In this document: piece by piece, positions 37,901 through 49,899 of the stretch
Numbering within the stretch: the first letter of the stretch is position 1
Layout of the letters: each line of letters opens with the position of its first letter
Assembly (NCBI GenBank): GCA_965644295.1
Contig: CBFFRP010000146.1
Span: 434,001-498,000, forward strand
DNA: 64,000 bases
Direction of reading: 5' to 3'
From: Paraphysomonas bandaiensis
Lineage: Eukaryota > Protista > Chrysophyceae
Translations under genes and position numbers: made by a program
The notes under the pieces: generated by a model
Told to the model about the DNA's origin: nothing
The model's input: the letters and a program-made list of their open reading frames with translations, nothing else
Database searches by the model: none

Positions 37901-40099
37901 GGCGCTCAGTTCATTTTCCAGCACCAGCACCTGAGTGTGCGCAAGGTCCGCAGTCACGCCCAAAAGGGTAGAGCATAGAGGAATCGCTGACTCCTGGATT
38001 TGCTCAACCGTAGGAATGGGCTGAACAGGCCCAAGCTCCTTGGGGTCAATCCCAATATCCGACTTTGGACTTCCTATTTTTTTGATGTTTAAAAATTTCA
38101 CAGTTTTTCCAGATCCATAGAAAGCAACCGCAGGAGATACACCTCTATCAACGTTTTCAAATATAACTCCAACCTCGACATCATTCACAGCCAGAGATAG
38201 TGTCTGGGCCTCACTGTCATATGTGAAGCGACATATGTCATTTGGGTGTATATGTGGTATGGAATGCTTCTTCGCCATGCGGCCCCCGTGGTATAAATCT
38301 CCATTATAACACCGAATAAGCCACATGTCATTAGTCGTGTCATAGTTGCAGTTGGACACGGGTCGACGTCCTACGCCAAGACACGACGTCTCATCGCCAT
38401 GATTATCTTTTGTTACAGTAATCTCCCACTCCCACATACCGCTGTCCATCTCACATGTAAGCAGGCCGTAGCTGTTCCCACCAGTGTTACACCCAATAGT
38501 GCTTCCATCATCAGAAATAACCATCTCTGAGGACTTTGCCGTTTCATCAAAACCGACGTCTTTGACAATCGTTTCCCCCGAGGTGCTGGAAAGGGAGTGG
38601 GAGAGACTGTCTCGAAGCTTCAAATGTGTTGTTCGAACGGCATTGAGCAATCTATAAAATGCCTCTGCCGCACGAGGCTCAGTAAGTGCAGTTTCTATAT
38701 GGCTACTACGGTTCATATGTGATACAATGCCCAGCAAAAGGGTAAGCGATCCGGTCACTCGGGGAGCAGATAGTATGGCTGGATAAACATATTCCCCTAC
38801 TGCAGGTACATCATGCAGTGCACACAGAGCTTGCTGCATTTCTTTCATAATACTCAACATATCTATCCAAGTGGCATCCCTGTTCTCAGTTAAAACTTCC
38901 AGACTGAACATTTTGATAGTATCATCTGTGGATTGATTAAAATGAGACGTTCCTGTAACCTGGATCATGACTTCCAGGACATTCGTAGCACCTTCAAGAT
39001 AATACACGTGATGCCAACTCCTACACCGCTTTCTCTCGTCATCAAGATCTACCGTTAAAGAGTGTTCGTAAGGAGAGCCGTATGAATTCTTTCTGAGCAT
39101 GATGACTAGTTTCTTCGGTGCACCACATACGGGAGAGTTAGGAGAATTTGTGGGAGCCCATGACACCGCCAAGGCAGTAATAGAAGTCAAGCTTGGAAGC
39201 CGGGCTGCCCACACCCCACTCCTGCTAGGGCATGACCAGTAGGTATGGCTCATGTCATTCAAAGCTCGAAAGGCATCTCCAGTGTTAGCAGACACCATAC
39301 TGGCGTCAATTTCAATCTTCTTGAGCGGGGGACTGGGAGGAGGAGACCAGGACGAGAATAAGTGCAGATCTCCACATCTCACAAGATCTTCACACATCCG
39401 GGCCAGTGGGGCGACCAAAACATCGTGATTGCCAGCCGCCATAGCAGCTGGTAAATACGTGGGGAGTACTTGGACAAGAGCTAGACCGGCCTGCACCATT
39501 GGGAATAGGGCCGAGACATGTGGATATTCCTGTGAATTAAGAGTTGAGCAACTAACTTCTCTAGACAAAAACCGTTCTTGCGTGATCTTCCGCTCTAATA
39601 ACACTGAGCTTTCCATTCCTCGTATAGCAGCCAGACGGCACTGAAATGATCGAAGGAAAGGGGAGCTACTAACATCTTGGTGAAAGTCCATATCTTTCTC
39701 GCATATGTCCAATGTATCCTCCAAATTCCCCTGTAAAGAATTAAATCAACAATCGAATATCGATGATGTACATACTTTGATTCCTGTCATTGTGAACAGT
39801 TGAAATTTCTTAATGTTAACATTTAGTTCAGCTCGGTATTCTCGGTTGTTTCCTCTGAAGTACTTTATGCCATCCACAACTATTATATCATCTTGGGAGT
39901 TCTGTACAATGGATGTTATGAGCGCAGTAGAATGTAAGTTTCGGAATAAATATTCTTTAAATTCCATATCAGAGAATATCGTAGTAAAAGTGGATTTCGA
40001 AGATGCCAGGGGACATGGCACATGCTCAGGTCTGTCTCCATTTTTTAACTTAAGATCAGGGTGAGGAAGGCCTAAATTAACAGAACTATGATTTCCCAT
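22931..40099 (-). CDS. Giant HECT E3 ubiquitin ligase (~5,673 aa) with ~5 SPRY domains, a Vps62-like region and 2 NZF zinc fingers; exons 40099-39776, 39730-25435, 25385-24941, 24887-22931
   Basis: Three GT-AG introns (45, 49, 53 nt) join four ORFs in frame. HECT motifs FEGESGIDAGGVFRE, RFAWGRSRLP and LPVAHTCFF (catalytic Cys); SPRY motifs such as YFEVTIL...PGWDPHSYGYHGDDG; NZF WSCPLCTFSN and WICARCTFMN. Confidence 0.92.
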
Positions 40100-40757
40100 A
40101 CTATTCAAGAGAATATCTCAATCACAAAAGGGTTATCACTTCATGTTTCGATATATATGACTAACTTTCATAGCTACGTGACGGGGAATTATTTAAACTA
40201 AGTGATACGATCAACATATCATGTGCATGCATTTGCTATGGAGGGTATACAACAAATATGCAACAAAATCAAGAAACCACAGGAATCATTGTCAGAATCA
40301 TACCCTTCACTCCTGAAATGTCCAACACAACGAAAACTGTGTAATAGTGTAGTTTCTAATATAAAACATGGACTTTATTACTATGAAAAGCCAAGCTTTT
40401 CCAGCAGAATATCCTGGACAATTTCTGCTGCTGACGCAAGAAGTCCGGAAGTGTGATATGAGGTTGTTGACCGAAATTTTTGTGGATTTCCACACCAGCG
40501 TTTTACTGGCATCACCATTCACACCCTAAAAATATTCTATATCTATAAAAACTCTAGAAATAATAAAAATATACTCTGTATTCGGATCCTCATATGAAAA
40601 TACGTTAGTTTCGGTCTTCACCAACAGCAGGATACAATACAAGTAAATACTGTGGAAATACACGACCAAAGCAGGTTATCAATGTTGCAGTCTTCGGTGA
40701 TAGCATTCGATGAGAGCTTGAGCACATTCTCTTGTGCTCCTAACACTTACATCCTTT

Positions 40758-42219
40758 ATGCGACACGTGGAATTAACCGAGCTTACAAAGCTCGTGCAGG
40801 ATGAGGAGGAGCTCTCGAGCAGCCGTGAGGCCAGATACACATGCGCGAAGTTTCGAGGAGATGTTGAAGAGTGGATTCGCCCCGACTTATGGACAAAGGA
40901 GGTAAAACTATATTTGAAAAAGTCATATTATAGCTCACATATATTTTTTCAGCAATGGACTGTGGCACTATATGTCACACTCCTTCTCGTCTCCTCTACT
41001 GGCGAAAGGTTAATATTTAAAATGGCAGTTGATAGTATGGCTCCTTTTAGGTACACCTTAATTTTGCACACTATCTATTTGCTAATGTGTTATATTAGGG
41101 CTGTTCTCCTCCTGCTTATATTGTTCACCTCAATGATTATTCATGCCGCTATCGCTATTGGTAAGAGGGTAATTTACGTAAGTATTAACTGCAACTATGG
41201 TGCACACTGACTTTAGTCAATAATTTCAGAAAGATAGTGTAGTTTCTAATGTGTTTCCACACAAGAAACTTTTCTTCATGGGATTGTTTGATTCCATAAG
41301 CTTTTCGGGGCTTGTAATATCTGCGACTGGAGTTTCCCCAACTATGACTGTTATTTTGATGCACGCAAACACACCACTGATAGTCCTTGGGTCTCGCTAT
41401 ATATTCCCTGATAGACAGTACAGTGCAACGCAGAAGATTGGTGTGGCGTGGATTTTTGTTGCCCTTCTGATTGGCGTCTCCCGCCCGCTATTGGATGTCT
41501 TTGGACTACTCCCGCGGAGTGGTCTCTCCAGTCCCTCTGCCACTTTCTCATCTGCCGTGTCGAGCTTAGTGTATGTTTGCTCCGCTGCAATGCAGGGCCT
41601 TGGGGCTCTTTACAAAGAGAAATGTATTATTGATTTTGCACAGCCGGCAGATGTTCACATCATGAGCTGCTGGCTGTTCTTTTATCAGCTTCTCTTCGCG
41701 TTGCTTGGGTTCCCAATACTGTACGTTCTACAAGGTATTTGTTAACTCGTTTCAGTGCACAATATTTGTAACGCTTCAAACCAAGGTATTTCCAGTGATT
41801 GGGTGGGCTACCCAATTACGTCATTCAGCGAGAATTTCTGGGATGGTCTCTATTGTTGGCTCGGACAAGACCCAGACGCTGAGTCCTCCTCTTACGACAC
41901 AGCGCACACCTCGTGCCGCGTGTTATTCTGGCTTATCATCTCCTACGTTATATCTACTGTTATTGTATTACAGTGCATCGATAAAGTTCTCGCGACCAAT
42001 AACAGAGTGCTGGGGAGGTCTATGGCGGCTGCGGTGTTGACTTCTTTCCTCGGTGCATGGATATACGCGAATACCTTTTCCTCTAATATACAAAACCCTA
42101 CTATTGGAGTGGCGGATTTTGTGTCTATACTCGTTCTGTTAACGGGAATGGAAGTATTTGGAAGGGATCCTGATCCAGATCCAGAGCTAGTGACGAGTTT
42201 TAGCCCGGGTAGAGCGTAA
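40758..42219 (+). CDS. CRT-like (chloroquine-resistance-transporter family, DMT superfamily) transporter, multi-exon; start uncertain
   Basis: STGERLIFKMAVDSMAPFR; FPHKKLFFMGLFD...VSPTMTVILMHANTP...RQYSATQKIG; NFWDGLYCWLG; about 10 TM segments. Confidence 0.75.
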
Positions 42220-44739
42220 TTTTGATTTTCGTTTTGATAGTAATCGCATTGATAGTCATGGACGTTAAGTGGTGCATGGCAGCCTCAAATTTACTCCACA
42301 TATTGTGCTTAGTTCATAGCTTGTTGTCATGCTGATGTTAATATATATATAATTATTTTACATCGGAAAGTATTCTCTATCTCGCCTTTATGCATCACAA
42401 TGACATAATATATTCGTATATACTGTGCTGCTTTCCGATTTTTTATTGTTACTACGCTCTCCAAAGTCTCAACAACCCAGGCAATGCAAGTTGTGCAATC
42501 TGAATTGACGACCACATAGAAATGACCATGAAATATTGATTAGCATTCAGCTGGAATGCTCGTTCACTATTACAGGCAGTATTAGTAACCACTACTTCAC
42601 GTAGACCTTGACATCATGTAAGATATATTGTTCATATCACTTTTTTAAGAAAGACGATAATTGCAACTATATATACCAAGCATCCTACTAGTGGTGTTGC
42701 AGTTAATTAGCAACAAGTGCCAATTAGTTGCCCCTATTTTTGTTGGCTTTAAGTTAATGAATGACCACGTCTTCCCCATTATCCTCTTTCTCTTCACATC
42801 GAATTCACCTTCGTCTGCTCGCAGGTACAGCCCTATATCAATAAGAATTGCAGTTGTGCTTTTTTAGCGAGGTTCAGCTCTTCCCTACCATGCTGAATTT
42901 TGACTAATTCTTGGTAATATTTCCTTAATGATATTAGCGCCCTCTTCTTCATTAAGGCTATTCTGGTATATTTTCCAATTTGGTTTCCTAGTATTTCTTT
43001 CTCGACAAAAGAAGGAGGTAAAAATCATACACCCAGTTGTACTTGTGATAGGACAACACCTTTTGCTTGACACGTCCATCTAATGACAACTGCCAGTTAG
43101 GTAGCTTGAAAGTTGTCACTCCAACCCGCATGAGACTTGGCATAGTTTGAAACTGCGTCCACCTCCATGATCCAGTCTTTTACTTCAATAAACCCTTCCC
43201 GACTGGACATTCTCTGCATTGATGTAAGGATTCAATGTGGCAACGGCCATCTGTTAGCAAACTGAGAGATAAAGCTCCATAAGTATTTCGGATAGGAGAT
43301 GCTAACGAAGGGTCCCTAAATTACTTTAACTGAAACTTTTATCTGTACAAGATCTATCGAATATGTAGGGCTAACTATGCTGGTGATGAACTGAAAGATA
43401 TAGAGTGAAATTGCACCGTAAAAAATTGGTGCTACTAGCTACTAGTAGGGATTGTGCTATATTACTTGGTTTGTTCTTATACTTCTAGCAGGCTTGCGTA
43501 ACAATAAATTGGTGAGATGTATTCAACAATAATAAGTTACAGTAAAATAGTAACTCAATACTTAGATATTATATTGCAACCTGGTGAAATCGCTTTACCA
43601 GGTTTTGGTATTACCTCAACTTATTGCCATTCCCAAACCCCGTTTGGTACTACCAAAAAATACTTGTGAAATTTGTTGATATAAATGCCATCCTTTGATA
43701 AAGAAGTAATGATAAACATGCTATATGCAATAATAAATATTATTGTTGTACATACGCACAACTGTTCCCCAGTATATTATGCATTATTGTACACACCCTC
43801 TCTATAGCGACAAGTCAACAAATAGTGATCCCCAATGGATATACACTGTCATTCACCCTACTATTAAAGCCGTTGAATAGCTGCAATACAATGTGTATCA
43901 CGACCATCGTGGTGAAGGTGCTCAGTTTGTTCTTTGCCAACGATCTTTGACATGTTATTTCTCTTGCGTGCTGAGGTCAAAGTACATACTAACTCTTGCA
44001 CTCTCTTATATTTCCACATACTATAATAATAATGATAAAACTATGCATATATTATATCAAAGCTCTTCTATGCTAACTATAATGGGTTGTTGTTTGTACC
44101 TAAGTAACTATCTATGACAAGTCGGTAATATATTTGTCCCAACTACCCAACTAAATTTATCCGACGCTCCTACTAAACTAGAAAGCGTCATATATATGTT
44201 CCTAATAAACTTTGCTGATGACCCTCTACAAAATTAATTTCTATTCTACTAAATTTAGATACGGCTCAACTGCCACTTTTAGTTTAGTAGGAACAAATTG
44301 AAAATATAGTAGGTTTTCAAATGACACCGTACATAGCTACCTTTAAAGCTATATATAATGATGCCAATCAATTACTATTAATTGGCAACATTTACCAATA
44401 ATAATTGCAATTATCATTATTCTTAAAACCAATTAAATCATTACGCAAACCTAATGCTTTACTACTGATACACATAACAATCTGACGTTTACCTTCTCTT
44501 TAATTTCATCATTCGCTTGTTCTTGTTTTACATACTCGATACCAGCCTGGAGAGCCAAATAGCGCATATCACATAGTTCCTCTGAATCTAAAACGCTAAA
44601 TCCTATACGTTGCATTCAATATTCAACTTAGGCAGAAGTACCAATCACATTATTTTAAGCTTCAATCACTAACTATTAAATGTTCAGAAAAGCGACGCTA
44701 CCATCACAGCTTGTAAGACTAGCACTCAAAATCTATGCT

Positions 44740-46363
44740 CTATGTGTCTTCCTCAGACTCAATGTCATCACTATCATTTGCACTATAGCGATCGCCATCC
44801 TCATCACTGAGGTCATCTTCATCATTATCATTGTCCAACGTATCTCTATCACTCAACTCTTCATCATAGTTTTCTTCGTCTTCATCATCGCTCTCTTCAT
44901 CCTCGTCATCACCCTCTTCAATCCTTTTCCTTTTCCTCTCCTCCTTTTCTGCCTTAAGTGCAGCTGCAGCCTCCTTCTTCTTTCGCACATTTTCCTCTTG
45001 AATGGCCTTGCGCTCTGCTTTGAGAGCTCGCGCCGCCTCCACCTGAAACAACCAGACATTAATCCAAAAACATGAGCAGTGAAACTAAACATTAACATAC
45101 CCTAGCCTTAGTGGCAGCTGCTTCGGCCGCTGTTTTTTGTTCAAACTTGTGGTAGAGCACATCCCCCTCGCACATGCCTTTCTCCACTTTGAATAACTCC
45201 AAAGTGGCTCTTGGCCCAAGCTCCGTCAGTTTCATGGCACTCTGCTGGGACGCACCATTACCGGACCCGACGTATCTTTCTGAAAGTTCCACCTACACAA
45301 TTTAGGTTAGATATAGCCATCAAGATGAACTGCTTTATTTATAACTATCACTGTAGCAGCGTGTAAAAATTAAACTGATGGTACAAGACATACCGCCACT
45401 ACAATACGACATACTGACAACAAGTTTACATACCCTTGCTGCAGGGTCATCTTCTGCCTCTGAATCTGACATCGCTCCTGCCCCTCCTCCCTCAAGGAAC
45501 TCACTGATGTCCTGCAATTCACCCAGATTTGGGATCTTTGCCTGCAACACCTTCTTCAGATTGCGTGTGATGCCGACGGGGGTCGCACGGATTGCGTAGT
45601 GGCGCATTTCTACAGTTGCATCTTCTTTTTTGAAATGGAATAACACCACACGACGACACTCATTTAACCGTACGGTATTTACATTGATTGAAGGAAACAT
45701 ATGCTGCAAGGTGACACGGAGAAGCTTCAAATGGCTTTCCTCCACCTGTCCGAAATTGTTAAGTACAACCAGAGGGGCGGTCAAATAGGCTGCACTGCTC
45801 TCAAACGGTCGCCTTTGTGAGGCACGAACATGTTTACAAAGTGAATATTGTGGAATGCGGAAGTGCAATGTGGGTCCGTTGTGAAAGCGTCCCACACGGA
45901 GAACTATATTACTTTTCGTTTCAGAGATGGCCAACAAGTGGGTAATTCCTAAATGGCTGGCAACAGAGGCATAGTCCTTGGTGCGATTATAACTTAATTA
46001 TACAAATAAGTAACCACGAACTAGATATAGCTTCTCCATACCTTCTTTCTTTTAGATTACTTGCTGTATTCGGACCCATCAATTTTCTAAGATCTTTTAT
46101 GAACTCAGCCACATTAGAGCACACCTGAATACAAATTAAAAAAGTCACCTGGAAAAAACAATATACAATTACCTTATTTGACCGAGCAACAATACTACGA
46201 GGAATGTTATCCTGGGGCACATCATCACCGATCCCTCCCCCTTCAGCGACTTTCGACTCGACATGAGTTCTCTGTTTTTTCTGTATATTCATTCTATGAG
46301 AATCTACAGTAAAGAAAATGCAAAGGCAAAATCACCTACCCTTCTTCCACCTTTTCTGGGCAT
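44740..46363 (-). CDS. PPAN: Peter Pan/Ssf1 Brix-domain ribosome biogenesis factor, multi-exon
   Basis: DLRKLMGPNTASNLKER, GPTLHFRIPQYSL, PLVVLNNF, MFPSINV, EMRHYAI, KLTELGPRATLELFKVEKG, acidic tail. Confidence 0.95.
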
Positions 46364-46749
46364 GATTGAAGTTTCAAATTAACACTTAGATAGTAAGTTG
46401 AGTGTGTATGTGATGTGATTCTTCCAACAGCTGATGAGTTTGTGAAGAGTGTTATAGAATACATGACCTCCATAGAATACAGCCTCCACAGTATGTGGTG
46501 ACCACCCACACATCTGCATGAAGACTATTGAAAAAAATATGGATAATTTTTTTCGTACATGGTTTGTAATATACAAAATTTCAACCCTTTTGCAATATTC
46601 CACCACTTCTTGTACTATTTTTAGTTCCCAAAAATCCAAAATTCGGGTTTTATTTATGGCCTGATCCTTCGTATCTTCACCCTCACTCACTGTGCAGTGG
46701 CTTATTACAATACTAAGCTAACCATAAATAGATATAATGACGACCAGAG

Positions 46750-47620
46750 TCATCGATTCTCTCAAATATTTCGAACCACAGGAGAAGGGCGGCGGCTCAG
46801 TTTTATGGTGAGTGGCTTGATATGACCCGGATTTTCAGGGATATTGTCCTTTGAAGATATATTTATCCCGACCTTGTTGCCGCCCTACTACTCACCAGTA
46901 GCAGCGGTATAATAGTTGGTGCCCAACATGGGATAACTTCTATCCAGTCATCACCGTCGACTGCGTATGCGGGTAGATGCCTTTGTCATCGTAAGTCCAG
47001 TTTTCTTTGATTGGAGTCTGGGTGTGAACGTACCCAGAGTATGTCTCACTTTGTACAAACTCAAGATGTGACGATGATTTCTTGAAGCATTCTATTGGCT
47101 CTGTGTTGAGTTGCCCGTCGCTTTGAGGGGCGTGCTTCACCCACCCTTATATGCAAACGGCTTTACTGTACGATCGAAGAGTAATGTGGCTGCCCCCGCT
47201 GAATTTACCCTTGATGGATCCTATGTTGTCGTATTCTAGGGTCTCTTGGATTTCGTGGAGTAGGTGATCTTCGGGCACAAAAGTCGATTTGGGTTGTTGG
47301 AAGATAAGTCCAAGCTCTTCACCCCATTTTCGCATGCTACGTGCGTTGGGGTCGCAGTGAGTAGTCGCGTGGGTAGCGCGAAGAAGTAGTGTGCTTGCAG
47401 CTTATTTGGCCTCTCTTCCTAGTATGATGACTCTCTGTATGGATCCTCATTTTTCAATCTGAGTATGGCCCGATTTGCCAAATGCGTTGTCGGTAGATTA
47501 GTTCCGTGTGTTAAGTATTCTTTGTAAGTTTTGTAGTTTAAGAGGTGCAGCCGCGACATCGTCACTACCACATATTATCACTGGAGTTCCTTCCTCCGCC
47601 GCCAATTATATGGTGATCCC
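46750..47620 (-). mobile_element. Heavily degraded non-LTR retrotransposon (APE endonuclease-like) remnant
   Basis: Broken frames RVIILG...HCDPNARSMRKWGEELGLIFQQPKSTF resemble the APE segment; multiple stops and frameshifts. Confidence 0.4.
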
Positions 47621-48286
47621 AATCAGTTGGCAATCATGACAAGCTTGTGAACTGCGATGACGAATTATAAAAACGATACACAATTTTACACATTGAATAA
47701 AAGAGTCTACTTTGGAGTCCTGTCGATACACACTCCAGTTGTAAAACTAGAACCGAACTTGATTAATGCTAAACCAAAATATTGGGGTTACTGATTGTTG
47801 TGTTGCTATTCTGCAAGTACAGCAGTGTCTTACGAGCCCCAACTTATTATAGATATGAAAATTATAAATAGGTTCTCCAAGTAATGTAATTAGGTTATTT
47901 AATGATTAATTGCTTGTAAGGCCTCATCTGATAAGTCAAAATTATTTAGATTTTATGCCTGCTTAATCGTAATTTTAATATGCGGTCGTATTAATATTGT
48001 ACTGTAATTTACCTGTTTACTTCTATATTATACGAATCCATAAAGTACACCAGCGCAACTCACGAGAAGCGAATAATGGTATATTTTTCTTTAAATACTA
48101 AAGTGCCTCATAAATTCCCATTGTCCTTTACCATTTAACAGCTTTATAACGTTGTCTTGCTGTTCGTCTGGTTTGAAGACAAAACTAATTATGATCAAGC
48201 TAAATCCACGACTTTTGATTACAGGCATAGTCTCTTTCACTATTTTTCAAAACACACAAAAGGACGAACATCAACTAAAAGATACA

Positions 48287-49498
48287 CTATAGATAAGATT
48301 TAATAGACTTCAGGTTTTGCTCAAATTGGTAAACATAGTTCTCATGCTCGTCAGCTTCCATTCTCTGTCTTTCAAGGTCAGCTCTGTGTTTTTTTAGTCG
48401 CTCTCTCGCTTCGCGTTTTTCCTTCCAAAACTATTAGCAACCACGAAGAGAACATTATTTCTTACCTGAAGCTTGGCCTGCCTTTCTTTTGCCCAGCGAA
48501 TACTGCTGCCCCTAGAATCCCCGAGGAATCCTTCCGTGGTCGGGCGGACAAGCGGTTGTGTACGGTCCATTTCGCTGAACACCGACTGATCCCAGGTGCC
48601 ACCCACCTAAAGCACAAACATATTACCAAAGCATATAAAATGTGTTGTGAGTTACGTACCAAGCCAGGAAATGAAGGAGACTTATTGAGTCCACTTGCAT
48701 CACTCCGTCCGGTCGCTAATGCCTTCGAGCCTCCCCTTGACCCGCCCCTAGAGCCGGCCCTTGACCCGACTCGAGAGCCAAAGGGCGAGTCTGTACCAGC
48801 GCGACTAGTGGGTCTGTTTCTGTCAAGGTTGGGCGACAGCGGAAGTGATCCCTGGGAGCGGGCATCGTTTACTTTCTCGCTGTGCGACGGGCCGAAAGTG
48901 TCCAGTTCCATCACACTACGAATGTGTCCTCTACTGTATCCAGTGCGTCTTGGCAAGTCCTGCCTCTTCGGCTGAATGAAATCTTCCACCGATGTTCTCA
49001 AGTCAGGTGCTTCTCGGGCAAGTCTGGTGAAGTTATAACCGAATTTCGGCGGACATATATCGTTAGGATCAGAAACGGGGTGCATCGTAGGCAGTAAGTC
49101 TCTCATCGAATGTTTGAGAGACACGTACTTCGAGCAACTCTCCTCTTTAGCAGTTCTGAAAAAGTATATATATAAGTAAAATAAGAACACGATCTGAACG
49201 TTCTACAACCGTCGGAATACAGCGTTATTTTGAGAGTATATATGTTGATGCAGCAACTTTCTGTTGATGGACTCTTGTACAGCTTCGTAAGAAGTGTCAC
49301 AGGGAAGCTTCGGAATAGATTTGGCTTTCGACTAAAAGAAAATAACTTGGAGAAAACGCTAAAAGGATAACATATTACCAGTAGTGCAGAGCGTGGGCCA
49401 ACTTTATCAGGAATAGTGGTGTCATGCCGATCGAATGACAGAGAATGTCCACTCTTAAGTGCGTTAAGAGCAGAGGGCAAATCACCATTACTGCCCAT
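48287..49498 (-). CDS. Uncharacterised multi-exon protein with GSRxGSR low-complexity stretch
   Basis: ORF pieces linked by short GT-AG introns; no family recognised. Confidence 0.6.
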
Positions 49499-49899
49499 GT
49501 CGATTCTGGACGTAACTTATAAATATCTAATTTCAATTGCCTAAAAATGTAACAATTTTGTGCGCTTGTGGCAATGGAAACCGTAATATATTTTCACTCA
49601 ACAAGAATTGACGAATTCTATCGTAAAGTGGAGGCCACAATGTCAGATTTTGTCTGCAATGACCCCAAATGTGACAATATAGGCGAGTTGGCAAATAACT
49701 CTTGGCAAATGATGCTTGTGTTCTATGGCAAGAGTCTATCTGGTCCCATATAGAGCACAGTGTCATATGCAGCCATATGCACAGCCACACTGCCTCATCA
49801 AAATATGAAACGGCAAAAAAAGGTCACATTACCAAAGAATACCGTGATATACACTAGAGAATACTGTACACGAGAGTTCAGTCACCGTATACGGCTGTA

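Noticed and set aside
25485-39644. Many + strand ORFs of 60-200 aa
   Set aside because: Antisense shadows of the HECT ligase exon with no independent motifs.
42780-43260. Minus-strand gag-like remnant (EVKDWIMEVDAVSNY...)
   Set aside because: Broken by stops and frameshifts with no diagnostic motif; probably transposon debris but not assignable.
43578-43604. Hairpin AACCTGGTGAA-ATCGC-TTTACCAGGTT as a Helitron end or terminator
   Set aside because: No CTRR end at the expected distance and no supporting element.
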